Positions 36,133-49,400 of a DNA stretch of 64,000 bases are shown here, piece after piece (position 1 is the first letter of the stretch; each line of letters starts with the position of its first letter). A program made the position numbers and the translations under genes. The DNA is from Raillietiella orientalis (taxonomy: Eukaryota). The stretch covers positions 1,364,001-1,428,000 of the forward strand of contig JAYWIR010000032.1 in assembly GCA_036172245.1 (NCBI GenBank), read 5' to 3'. The notes beneath the pieces are model-generated. The model made no database searches, was not told the DNA's origin, and saw nothing but the letters and a program-made list of their open reading frames with translations.

Positions 36133-39100
36133 CGGCACCGCAGGAGGCGCTCGCTGGCATCCTGCACGGGATGCAGAGGACCTGACGAAACGGAGTGTGA
36201 CCCCTTCCTCCTGGAAGAGGCAAGGGGTCACTACCGGTGCCGGCGGCGAAGGGGAAAGGGCGGAGTCCTCCGGGTGTCGAGACCAATCGGTGGACCTTGC
36301 GTCCTCTGCAGCGAGCATCGGAACCGCGCGCAAGGGTGCGGGAGAGGAGGGCCTCTTCCAGACTTGAGGTTAGAGCAGGCGCCGGACTGGGATCGGCTGG
36401 CTGGCTCCCGGAAATCCCTGCCCTGAGAGACCGCGACGAGGTGGCGCCATCTGGGAAGCCGAGTGCCGCGAGGGGGCGCGGAGAGCGTTCGCGGGCGACG
36501 AAGGCCGCCTCTGGGCGGGCGCACCCACGTCTCCTTATTTACCGATTTATCCAAAGCTCAGCAGCTACATGGGCGGCTGGCTTGCCCACGTGGCGGCGAC
36601 GCCCCCTTCTGGAATCCGGGAGGACATTCCATCGTGTGCGTTCGTCAGCAAACAAACTCTCCCCCGCGGCCTTTAGAACCGACGTGTGCCGGCGGCCGGC
36701 GCGTACCCACAGGGACTACCCTCGACGGAGACAGAACCGGGAGGGAGTGGAGGGAGAGCCAGTAAGTAAATAGAGGGAGAGATGGGCCGGACTCGCGGCA
36801 ATGAAGGTGATTCCAGAGAGTCTTCCTGGGGAGCAAGGAAGGGGCGGGAAGGAGGATGAGTCGATAGGTCTCCGGTTGTCTCGTCCGCAGATTCCCTCGT
36901 ATCGCGGACTGGACCACTTCGAGGCCCTTCTCGTGCAGGCGATGGCGACTGGGAGCTGCTCCTCGGGCTGACAGCTAGCCCTTCGCCGCTTTTTGCAGCC
37001 GCCGCTGCCCGAGCGAGGTGGAGAATCGCCGGCGAGGGGGCAGCTGGCAAGCCTGGAGCGGTGGAGGTATCTGTGAGCAGCCCCCGTAAAGCAGAGCTAG
37101 GAACCGGGGATTTGCTTCCGTCCCTGACCCGGTCCTCCGCGTCCAAGAAGCTCTTGAGGCAGCAGGGTGGCCAGCATCTCTCGACGAGGGGCCTGGCATT
37201 AGCTCGTTTCGGGGGAGCAGCCACCGAAACGAGGAACTGGTGGAGAAAGGGAAGGATGGGAGCGTCTCCCGGGGCGACGCGAGGAGAAACTGGGACGCGG
37301 GAGCTGCTCCTGACGGGAATCTCCTGGAGCGCGCAGCCGAGAATCCTGTCGCGGGAGCTCGGACGTTCCCCGAGCAGTTTAGAGGAAACACCCTTGAAGG
37401 ACACCACCCAACACGAGTCGGCGAGACTCTAAGCTCACCCTGTCTGGCGTTCCGAAGCTGCGCCGCGTGGGTGGGAAACAATTTATTTTCAACGGAAACC
37501 ATCCCCGCGGTTGCCAACGACACGCGCGGAAAGACCGCGGGAACGGCCGCCGGCAGGCGCTGCTGGCTGCAAGCGCGTCGTCGGCTCCCTTCCAGGGACC
37601 ACGCCGCCGCACCTGCGACTCGGCTCGGCCTCGTCCCCGGAAGGGACGGAGTGCCGTCCCGGGCTGGTCGTGGAGATGACCCGCTGGCAACCGGGTCAGC
37701 AGGGGGGACCCGTAGGCCGGGTTGCCGCACCGCCCCTCCTGGAACTAGCCAGCGGCCTCGGCAGATTCCGGAAAAGACAAGGGTAAGGGAAGAAGGAAGC
37801 ACTGGCTGTGCGCTCCTCCTCCTCTCCTCCCGGGGGCGTGTGCTCGCGGGGAAGGCAGGACGGAGCCATCCGAACATCCGGCGACTCTCTTCCGATTTCT
37901 GGTGGGGTCACCAGCCCGTAGCACGTCATCAGGTCGCGCCGAACGAGCTCGAAAGTCAGTAGCGCTGCTGCCCCTCAGTCCATCCATGGCAACGAGCACC
38001 TGATGAGCGCCGCAGCGGACTCCACAGCTCCGGAACGTCCAGAGAGTTCCGGAGCACTCTGATCCAGAAGGGTTGGGGGGCATGTTCTCGGGAACAGCCT
38101 CTGGGCATGACTCAGTCGGTCTCTGGGGAAAAGCGTGAGGGAGGTGGGTCCTCACGCCGCGCGCGGTCATCGCACTATCGCAAAACCAAAGCCAAGCCGA
38201 GGCGTTGCCATGGTTTCCCCCTCCCCCCTCTCTCCCTGCGAAACCTCTCGCGGCTTCCCTCCAAGCGAGCGACCAAAATGGCTGCTTCGAGAAAGATGAG
38301 AAGGCGGGAGAGGCGAGACGCGCTGCCACCGCAGCATCCTCCCTCCCTGGCGACTGCGGTCTCCGTCCTCCGCGTTTGAACCCCTTCGGCAGGAGCGTTC
38401 GGGCCGAGGACTCCCTCCAGCGACTGGCTGGTCGAACGGTACCCCCGCTTGGTCGCAACCGCTGCGTGTGTTTCCTAGAGGGGATTGACGTGGGGGTGCA
38501 GGGATCTTCAGACCCCTTCGGCTGGCTGGGTGGCGCGACCCAAGGGATCACGCGGAATCCCGCGACCCTGCCGCCATCCCCCCGAGGGGAAGACATCTGG
38601 CGAGCGGCACCACGGAATCCCCCATTCCCCCCCCCCCTCGCCTTCACATTTTTTTCCCCCACCCGTCCCATTGCTGCATCAGAACACCATGGGGGTATTA
38701 ATAGGCATCGGATGCTACACCGCATGCACATGGATGACGTTCTCTGTGCAAATAGGCACCACGTCTCACTATGTGTACGGATGTATGCACTATGTGCGCA
38801 TGATACCATGTACATTTATGTGTACGTAAATATACACGCATGCATCCAAAAAATGAAGAATGTTCCTAGGTGCGCCGACAACATGGTGATCTCCGCGGAG
38901 AACCATAGCGAGCCGGCGCACTCCAAGCTCCCGGAGGGGCTGGTGGCTGTCGACCGGGCCGGCCCGGCAAAACAAACTCGACGCAGGCAAAGCCAGCCGG
39001 TTGCTGCAGAACCCGAAGACGTCGGATGCCCCTTCGAGCGTCCATCGGGGGCGTTGGGAGGGGGGAGGGGAAGGAAAGGCCCGCCTGCTGCCGCAGGATA

Positions 39101-39268
39101 CCTGAGGTCTTGGGATCGAAGGAACGGTGAGGCCTCGGGAAAAGCAGGAGGAGCGCGCCAGAGAATCAGGGAGCGAACAGAACCAAAGGGAGGAAGTCGT
39201 GTCCTGTCCATCCTCCTGTTCCGTCCGCGCGCGGTGATGGTGGCATTTCCAATATCCTCCGTCACCCC

Positions 39269-39303
<35 letters not shown>

Positions 39304-42300
39304 CTCACTGAAGAGAGGTGGCGTGGCGCCCGGTGGGTGCTCGGGTGCTCGGGCGGTAGTGAGCCTGCAGGCATCCTTTTTGGAGCTCAGGACAACCCCC
39401 CAGTGCAAGAGGCGCGTCGCCGTGGTCCGAGTTCCTCGCCCAGCCGCGCCGAGGCGCTCATTGAAAAACGAAAACGAGGCGCCCACTGTTGGAACCAGGG
39501 TCGCTACCGGAAACCGGATATCGCAGCCATGCTGGATCTTAGGGTTGACCACAAGACACCTTTTTCGGAATCTCCAGCTCTCGCATCCGCCTCTTTCATT
39601 TAGGGAATACCGGAATGCCTCGGACGCTCAACTGAGCATCTACCGTTGTCATGGAGACGGCGAGGTCCTTGTATTGGTCGCCTCTCTGTCGCCTCTCCGA
39701 ACGCCAGAGTCCAGCATGCACTCGGCGAAGTGACGGCATCTCGCCCAACACTCGATGAGGGCGTGCCATCCGCCGGGAGCACCAACTGTTGCACCCTCCG
39801 AGAGAGAATGCGCGGCCGACCCGCCCGGAGAAGATCACCGCCAGCCTGTAGATCCACTCTTGAGCATCCATCGCTGAGCAGCCCGTTGCCACCAACAACG
39901 TCTAGATGACACCCGATCTGGTTGCCCGGTCGGAGCTCGCTACCCTTCAGCGCTCACTTCGAGTTTGCGCCGAACGGCTTTCGGGAAACCCTGGCAGCCC
40001 TGCCATCGCCTTCCCACCCCTGAACGCCGGTCACGCCAGCTCCCACAGACAACCTCCTTCCAGTCCCCGTCAATCTGCTCCGGGGCGGCGGCGTCGAGCC
40101 GACACTCCAGGGAGAGCAGGTACGGGCTCCAGAGGAATGAAGTCGGCTCCCGCCCGTTCCTGCGGAGGCGAGGCGGCCGGGCCGTATCCGCTCGAGGGTC
40201 CCCGCGGGGTGGGTAGCTTCCGGCATCTCAGGGTGTTCGCACGGGCTACTCCTGCTTCGCAGAAACGTCCGGCTGCCTCCGGAAACCTTGAGGACCGAGA
40301 GGGGAGGAGTCTGGAACGCGGGTCCAAAATACCCGTTGGCTCCTCGATGCGATGCCACGCAGGTCTGGAGCGAAGCCGACCAGCAGCAAAACCGGAGGAG
40401 CAGGTCTCGGGCAGGTTTTGATGGCCCGCCCAGGCCGGTGTTTTCCCCTCGAACGACATCCTTCGGCGCGCGAGTCTCGAAGACCTGCCCAGAGGTGCTA
40501 CCTACAATCCAATGCCTTGGGGGATGCTCCCTCCCCCCCCCCTTCCCTGCAGGAGGCACCACGGAACCCCAAGAAGCGGGCGCGCGCGTGCCACCGCCAG
40601 TCACCTAGCCGCAGAGCCTACGCACCAACCGGCTAAGCGGATGAGGGCCGCAAAGCCGGAGTCGGCAAGCGGACAAGCGGTGCTGCTTCGCATGGCAACT
40701 CCCGGACGCTACGACACCAAGCGCTTGAGACCAAGGGCGGTAGGCAGGCACTCTCGATATCCCAGTGGATGAGCTAGCGGTCCGTAGCGTCCTCCCGGAC
40801 AGTTCCGCGCTTCGCCACTGGTGGCAGCACGCGGCGGCACTCTGGGGGCTTCCCGCGCAACCAACGCAGTGCTGAACCATCGCGATGGAGCGGCGACAGC
40901 AGCAACAGGAAGAAGGACGGATGGGGGGGGGAGGGAAGAGGCCAGTCGCCTTATGCCGTCCACGGTGCGGAGGGTAGAAGGATGGCCCTCCTCAATCCCG
41001 AAATCGGGGAGGACGCCGCCCGAGTTGCGGCGAGGCTACAAGAAAGACACGGGGGCAGAAATCCGGTGACGGTCGACGTTCTCGCGCCCGGTGTTCCCCT
41101 CCCCTCCCATCGTCGCGCGAGTCTGTTTGCTTTTGTCTCCTCCGTTGCCCCGTACCGCTCCATGGCGAGCACGTTCTTCTCTTGGCCGCCGACCCGCACC
41201 CCCAGGGCGCGTGGACGCATAATGAGCTGCTTCGGGAGCGCGCCCGGGCTTGAAAGACCGGAGGAAGCGGACGGGCGGCGGCTTCCGAAAGACCCGGTCT
41301 CCGTGTGCCACCTCTCAGCGTATGCCGCCAGAGCAGCCGAGCCGCCCGAAAGGCGCCCACGAGACGTCGAGCAGCCGGCCCGGCCCACGAGCTTCCCCCG
41401 CGGGTGGCACGAGCTACCCTCCCGCGGAATTAAGCATGGATCGAAGCCTGCAAACCCGCGCAGTAACTGGAGCCTGGGTGGCGAGGGCAGCGTCTTGGCT
41501 CCGGGTTGGATCGGTCCGCGGTGCTTGGAGATACCTCTGCGGCCCACTCACAGAGCGCCTAGCGTGGGATTCCCGCACTGAGTTTTCGGTCCCCCTTGCG
41601 AAGAGACGTTCTGTGGCAGAAGAAAGCGCTGGGGGGAGGAAAGGGGGGGGGGAGATTCCGCTCTCCTTCCGGAGCAGAGAGCAGTCGAGAGCGGATTGAC
41701 GCTACCAACGTCGAAGCCGCCACCGCCTCCGTGGAATGACGCTGGTCCGAGTCCGACGCCGTGTGGGTCTTCCACATTTCTTGACGTACCGTCTCTAGCA
41801 GTCGCAAGCTGACCTCTTCCTTTGGGCGGCATTTTTCCAGTGCGATCAACGGTCACTCTGTCTCTGGGAACCACTCTGTCTCTGGAAGCGGCTCCCGAGC
41901 TTGTGCGACCTCGGGTCAGCTGAATGGCAAGCAATTTTCCGTCATATCTCGGACGGCGTTGGGGGGGAGGGGAGAGGAGGACTCACTCTGATGACGTCTC
42001 TCCTGGAACGTCAGCTTCGCTCCTCAGCTGCTCCAGGCCCTGTCGCGCTCGTTCCCGTTCATTCGCTCGCCGGTGGCCATTCTGAGGTGCCACGATTCGC
42101 CGCGCTCCCGGCCGCCGCGAAAGGCTCCGGACTGGACGGCGAACCTGGAGGACGGAAACACGCCCTCCCTCCAGTCCTGTCCCCGGTGTCCGCGGACCTC
42201 TCTCTCGGCCGTCCCCAGGACGGATGCCGCGCTCCGTCTTCGAGGGAGAGCGGCTCCTCCCTTTCAACCCAGAGGTGGCGGACGGAGAGACGCGCCGGGC

Positions 42301-43274
42301 CGCCACGAGTAGCGGCAGCCTCCGGTTCTTCGTGGGCACCCCATCGCTCGTTCTTGCGCCTCCTCGCTGTTACTCCATCCTTCAGCCCAGCAAGAGATTC
42401 CCTTCGGCAGGGTCCTTTGCGCCATCTTCGTTTCCTTTTCTTTCCTTGCTGGTTTCGCTCTTCGGAGGGCCGGGCCTCCCTTGTCTCTTCAGCACGCAGA
42501 GGGCAGCAGACTTCGCACCGAGGTCTCCGGCGTGCCATCAGGACCCGAAGGCCTCTCCTCGCTCAGCGCCAACCAAGGCAGCAGGGGGTGGCGCTGGGCA
42601 CGAAGTGGGGGAGGTCGGGACGGTGGCTGCTCGTCCGCTTCTGCTCTCCGCGCCCTTGCGGCGGGAACGACCTCATCCTGACCGCGCCACAGGAGTGGGA
42701 GGGGGAGGAGGAGGCGCAGAGGGGGTCCCTGGGGGAGGAGGATGCAAATCCCTTTGGGATGCTGCTTTCTCTGCTTTCTTCCCAGCTTTCCCTTTTCTTT
42801 TTGATCTGCCAAATGCTGAAGAACCGTCCGCCTCCTTACGGTGGACTCGCGAAGCTGTTTGACGCCGTCCGCGTCACCAGAGGGTGCGTGGAGCTCTTCA
42901 AGCTATAGGGGATGACCCGGTATAGGGGGTGACTACCCTATGAATCCAGAAAGGCTCCGGAGGAAAAGAGTCCGTTCCTCTCACGCTTGGTAGGGAAGAC
43001 CGAAGGGAACCCTCGCCCTTATTCTCCCCGGAGGGGTCTCAAAGAACCCCTAAGAGGACAGCGCCCTTTCTGTACTCTGGAGAGGCATCCTCCCGAGGGG
43101 AGTATCATCCATCTCCATGGTACACAGCGGACGGCTCCTCTTGCACAGTCGGAGGCGATCTCCGAGACTCCTCGGTTCCTGGAAGGATCCCGGAGGGCCA
43201 ATTCCTAATCGCGACCAACCATCCAGGGGGTTTCCGGCTTCCACCGGAAGTGCTCCACCCGAATAGGCTAACCA

Positions 43275-43400
43275 ACGCCATCCTGCGGAGGAGACTCGGA
43301 ATCCGCGGCGATCCACCCGTTTCTCGGCGTCGATCCTTCCCCAGGCGGGATTCGAACCCGCGAGGGTCGATGCCACGCGCCGAGGCCAACGGATCGCTCC
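43275..43400 (-). mobile_element. tRNA-derived SINE-like element, copy 2
   Basis: Minus strand TCGCGGGTTCGAATCCCGCCTGGGGAAGGATCGACGCCGAGAAACGGGTG contains a B box and aligns with copy 1 (TCGCGGGTTCGAATCTCCCCCGTGAAGGATCCACTCCAGGAATGGGCG). Confidence 0.45.
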
Positions 43401-46203
43401 CGGCGCGCGCGGCCGCCGCTGGGCGCAACGCGAATTGAACCAGCGGACAGCCCGTGGTGTGGGTAGCGGCAGGGACGGTGGTCCTTACGAGGGTGGCTCG
43501 CGAGCCGCTCACTTCGAGCCCACGCCTCACCCGGCAACCACTTCCTCCGGAACGGCCTGCTCAACCGGTCCCCCCCCCCTCCCCCATCCCCAGAGCGGTG
43601 GCGGTGGCAGCAGCAAGTAGCAGGCAGGCGCCCCGCCACGTCTGCGCTCCTCGGTTGGCGGTGGTCGTGAGCGTGCTATGGCCAGGAGGAGGGGAAGGGA
43701 CGATAGATCCGTTCTCAGCCACGTGCTCGGAGCCGCCGTTCACGTCACGGTAGCTTCAGCATCCTCAAGGCGCGCGCGCTATCTCTCGCTCTTGCCCTTT
43801 CTCCCTGTCCCCTTCACGCACTGCCTTTGCGCCACCCGCGCCCCGCAGCCGTCACGCCCTCCCGCGCGCATACGGCGGCGTGCACACCGCCACCAAAAAC
43901 ACCGCGCGCCTGGAGACGCCCGTGCGCGTCAGCTGGTCGCGAGCGCGCATGACCCCCTCCGCAGCTCCTCCGCGCGTTCCCGAGACGCTCTCCTCATCGA
44001 CTTTCCGGTGCGTCTCTTCGAGCGTGCCCCGCGGCTGCGTCTCCTCCTTCGCCCGCCTTCCTCGGACTGCGATCTCCACCTCGTCCGTCTCGGTGCGGAA
44101 GTGCCCGGGAAGAAGGTGGCTCTACACCAAACCCGCGGAAGGGTGTGGACGGCCTGCCTCGCGGGCGGCGGGGTCGCCTCGGTCGAAGGGTCGAACGGAG
44201 GCCTTCCACCGCCAGCGGGCCTTCGCTCAGAATGCCGCTTTCGGCCGAGGCGCAGCTTGCTCCGTTTTCGTTGCCCCCGTTGCCCTGGGAAACGCACTCC
44301 TTGTTCCGCCGCGCGCGGCGCAGCGTAACTGGCGTTGCCTCCACAAAAGGGGAGGAGTCCTGGCGCCGCGGGACTCCTCCTTCCAGACGAAGCAGGGAAA
44401 GATGACGTCCCAGTTAAGCGAGAAGCCGCACTCTTGTCGCGGGCACTACCTCCCCCCTCCTACTTGCTCGCGACGCCAATGGGGCGGCGCCACCCCATCC
44501 TCGGGGAAAGGAGTGCGCAGAGAAACAGAGCAGAGGGGGGGAGGGAGAGGAGGGGGCGTTGTTGGGCTGCACGGAAGGAAGTCGGCAGCTGAAGGAGAGT
44601 AGAAGCTTGGCATCCCGGCGGGCAAACTTGCCGTTCCCAGAAGGCAACGGAGGATGCGCGCGCACGCATCGTGACGACGCGTGCAGAATCCGACCTCCAA
44701 GGAATGCTTCCCGCGGACAACCTGTCATCTCGAAAGAGGAGCGTGCCAGAGGGTGGGCAGAAGACAGAGAGGGGCAAATGGAACGCTGGAAAACACACAC
44801 ACGACGTTCCCCCTGTTGGGAGAGAAATCAGAGAGGCCCGGGCGCGAAGGGCTTGGAAACTGCGCCCTCTTCGGGAGGCGCGCGTTCTTGGAGCTGCCCG
44901 TCGGAGGTGGCTGCATCGATGGACCGCGATGGACCGACGAATTCGGGGAGGGAGGGAGGGAGGGGGGGGAGGTACCGTTCGTCCCGCTTGGCGGCGCTGC
45001 GGCCCCGCGGAACACTTCCGCGCCTGGCGCTCGACGGCGCGCGTGCGTGCTCCGTGGCATTGTTGCGCGCCGCCTCGGGAGCACACCCACGGCAAGATCG
45101 CGGCGGACAAATGCGACGAGCAGCACGGGCGTGCGTAGGTGTTGTCACGGGCTAAGCTCGCCCGAGGCTCGCCAGGCGCGGAAGCGTTCCGCGGAGGGAT
45201 GGCACGCGCGACGAGCGCGTCCCTCCAGAACTCATTCCGCAGCCGAGCAGCGGGGAAAAGAGGAGGCGTGTGGATCGTTTCGGATATCCCGCAACAGGAA
45301 ACTGTCTGAGAGGATTTTTCCCGACACTCCTCCCGCGTTCGAGTCATTGGCTGGATCTAAGAGCACTCGGTCATGCCCAGCTCCCTCTCCACGTCCTTGT
45401 TTTCTTCCTTCCGTTTCCAGACTTCCCATTTCGTTTTTCTCCTTCTTCCCGCCCTACTCGAAACGTGCGACGCCGCCGCCACATCCGAAGCCAATGCTTC
45501 CTCGGATTTCCGTCCGCTGGTGGAATTTCTCCGCCGAGCAAACTGACTTTATGGATCCCACGTCACGGAAGCACGAAATTCCGCGTGTGCGTGGATTACC
45601 GAAGAGAAGCGCTTGGCAAATCGTCGGGAGGAGACGGGAGCACAAAAGGAATGGGAGCTGCAGCTCCGTAGGAGGAAGCGAAGTCCGACCTTATCACGAT
45701 GCTCGCGAACGCGTACGGTCCAGAACCGAGAAGAGATGGCTCCGGAGCAAAGTGCAAACTCACTCAAGGTAGGAATGCGATCCACCACGATCTCGGAAGG
45801 GTGCGCAGCGGCTCCTCGGTGTGCGCCTACCGCTTCGAACCCAACGATTCAAAGGAAGCCCTCAACCACCAAAGAGATGGGGGGGGGGGGGGGAGGAAAA
45901 AAAAAAAAAAAAAAAAGGAGCACCGTGTGTGAATTTATTTTTTCTTCCAAAGTCCTCATTCATGGCGTTTTCGAAAAGCACTGGAATCGAATAGCAGTTG
46001 AACGTACGGCATTCTTCCTGAAACATACACTGATGGTGTAAGTGCATGAGCAGTGCAAAAAATTCGGAAACAGAACGCCACAGCTGGAAAACACAAGCTA
46101 GAAGTCATCTGGGGACTCCGTCACGAACAGGTTACATAAGATAAATTGTAGCGCTTCCATTTCGTCGCAATTTCACGTCATCACATGAAAGCTTATGGGA
46201 GAC

Positions 46204-46405
46204 AGAGAGAGAGAGAGAGAAGAAGAAGAAGAAGAAGAAGAAGAAGAAAACACGGCTCATTCGATACAGTTCAACAGATGCATCATCCATGCAACAACCA
46301 TGCACTCTTCTGTGAAGGCCTTCGCATTTCATCGCCGCTACCGGAAAACCAAAAAACTCCGCTCAGTTTGACGACGGCACCGCAAGGCAAGAAGAGCCAA
46401 CATAT

Positions 46406-46456
<51 letters not shown>
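46204..46456. repeat. Microsatellites: (AG)n(AAG)n 46204-46248 and (TAA)n 46407-46456
   Basis: Simple repeats read directly from the sequence. Confidence 0.9.
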
Positions 46457-46457
<1 letters not shown>

Positions 46458-49400
46458 ATGGCCTGCACGTGGGGAACCCGAAAAACGTCACGGGTTCGCG
46501 CGACCTCATCCCAGAACACAACACACGCACACGCGCTGATGGTCGCGTTCTCTGTCCCGAGCTCTCCATGACGACGCCCGAAACGACGCGCAACAATGCC
46601 GCCAACACGCGTCGAGCGAGAACGGCTCCGATTGGTCACACGTGGACTGCGGGCCTACGCGGCAACAACGGCACGCACACACCCGCGAGGCGGCGAGCCT
46701 GCCGACGGCAATCGATCAGCTCCCAACTCGTACGGCTGCCGCATCTTCCGGGAACGCTCCCGGAGGCCCAGTGCTGGGCACGCGCGCACCGGAAGCCCAA
46801 GGAGGCGAAGAAGTTTTATGGTCGTCGTCGGGCCCTCCCCCCCCCCCTCCCTCCCTCCCCTTCCCCTCCCCTCCATGCAAGGAGAGGCCGCAAAGCGCTT
46901 TCTTTCTTGCACCGCCATCGTCGCCGCCGTTTTTCCCCGTCACGACAGGTCTCGCAGGTCTGTGAAGAGTTGTGATGCTCGTTTCTGAAATGTGACCAGG
47001 AAAGGGAAGGGATGAAGGAAGCGGAAATCGAGAGCAAAAGAGCATCCAGCCTGGAACACCGTTCTCCTCCAGCAGCTGCTCTGCGTGTCCTCCTCGTCCA
47101 CCGCCGCAGTAGTGCGCGGTGTTCCCGCGAGGGTGTGTCCCTCCGACAAATACCGCATGTCGATCGCGCCAGCCAGTTGTTCGTTTGCGATCACAGATGG
47201 CTCTGCAGCGCAGCGTTTCCTCCCCCTTCGCCCCTCGGGCGGAAAAGAGATGAGTCCCGCTCGCTTGGAGAAAGTCCCTCACTTCTTCCCGTTGACCAGA
47301 CTGGCACTGCACCAGGTCGTGGCCCTTGCGCCGGTTGACCGCTGGGCTGGCAAAGCGGGAATCGCGGGGATCCCGGGGGACAGTCTCTCCCTCCCTTCTT
47401 CCTCTTCCTCCCTCCTCCTCTCCTCTCCCCTTCTCTTCCTCAAACCGCCATCGTGCAAAAGTCAGAGGCTTCGCACCTTCCCGGATGAAGTGGCGCGTCG
47501 CTTCTCTCCATTCCCACCTCTCTTCCCGGTGACCGCAACGCCGTCGGCGACGGACGGCGAGCGGGCACATGGAAACGGAAAGCGACCCGGCCCCTGTGTC
47601 GGGACTCAGACTCCCTTCCGCGGATTCCCGAGGCCAGGCTCTCCTCAAAGGGCACGCCAAAGCCGTCGTCAGCAGAAGCACGGTCTCCCGAGCCAGCAGC
47701 AAGAGCCGAAAGTTGCTACCGCTGCGAGGGAGGTGGCGGCACAGAAGAGGAGGACGTGGATGAAAATTCCCTCCTTCCTCCCTCCCATCCTCTGCTCCCT
47801 CCAGGCCTCGCCCTCCTTTTTTCCCACGTTGCGTATCCGTCGCCAATGCTGGGATGCGCCGGAGAGCGTCGGCAGCGCGCGGGTGCGCTCGACGGCGTGC
47901 ATACAGAAGCGGGCGTAGGCCTTCCTCGTGGGTAGGAGAGGAGGAGGAGGAGGTCGGCCCGGCTAAGAGCCGCACCTCTCCCATCCCCTCGACTAGTGAC
48001 CTCCTCCCCCGGGTGAGCTGAGACGCAGAACGGGTCGCCGGCTAAGTTTCGCCTGCGGCGGGGTCGGAAGGGAAGGAGGGAGCAGGAAAGAGGAGGAGCG
48101 GGGGATACGCCCATCGCGAGCAGCGAGTGCGGAGCGCCTCGTTGCGGAAGGTGGGACCTGCTCGGGCGCGCAACCGCCATTTTACCGACTCTCCTAGTGC
48201 GGCGCGGCGAGCGGCGTGGGACGATCGGAGCGGCGATGACCGCGGCCATCGAGTGGACGAGCCACGACGACGCTCGGGTGGCCCCCGGAGGGAAAGGGGG
48301 GGGGAGGAGGAGGGCCGATGAAGCCTGTCGCTGACGAAATTCTCACATCAGTGAGGATTGCGTCGATAATGATGAGTCCATCGTTCCCAAGCTGTGGTAG
48401 CCGAACCCAACGATGACAGCGGCTCTGACACTGATACAGTTGCTACCGTTACCAATAGTATTCATTGTCAGTAATGCGCGGTTGCGTTGATAGTTACTAC
48501 GTGTCGATAGTAGTCACGGCACTATTATTATTATTACATATCAGGAAAGCCACAGCGTTTCTGTAATCGCTTCTCGGCCTTTTAGCTAACATCAAAGTGT
48601 AGTTGGAGCTCCTAGTGGCTCTCATCCACCAACAAATTATCACTACTTTAATGACTACTTATTGGCTCGCAGATAGCGATGGAAGCTGTTGATGGCAAAG
48701 GCAGCGGTGATTGATTGATGATAGTAGTGGCAGTACCAAATTGGTAGTAGCAGTGGAGAACGACGATCGGACTCAATAATTCTGTTGGCATCAGTAATGG
48801 CAGCCGTAGGATAAGAAGGATTACCGATCGCAGGATGTCAGGCAGTGAGCAGTAGCAATGGAAACGGTGGCGAGTCATTGCTGCCATCAGTAAATACAAC
48901 GACAGCAATCATAGCAGTTGATAGAAACCAAGACGCTGACAAGAATCCGTCGCGTCAAAACTGTTAATCAAAATCCATCCGTTGTTACAACTGTTTATTA
49001 CCACGGCGGTTACTGTCTCGAGAATTAATAATAATGCTGATAGCTGATGATGACCTCCTGTAGTAAAGGCTAATGATAACCGATAGCTGCGAGAAATGGT
49101 GAACGTTAGTCGTTGACAGTCAGCATTAGCGCAGTCAGTTGATGCATTAACTGGCGATGCTGCATAGTAACTGCAACTGGTAGCTGCTGCTAAGGCTACA
49201 CTTCGTTGCTAATTCGAATCGTCATCAGTGGCCGTCATTTATTGCTGCTAGCATCGACCGTGAACATGCCGTGCTCGTAAATAATGGCAGCAAGCGAAAA
49301 CAACCCGTGACGTCAGCAAAAGCAGAAGATGGCAACAATCTCGGGCAAGCAGGGGAACCGGCGATGGGAGCAGCGGCGATGATGGACAGCGGCCACGACG

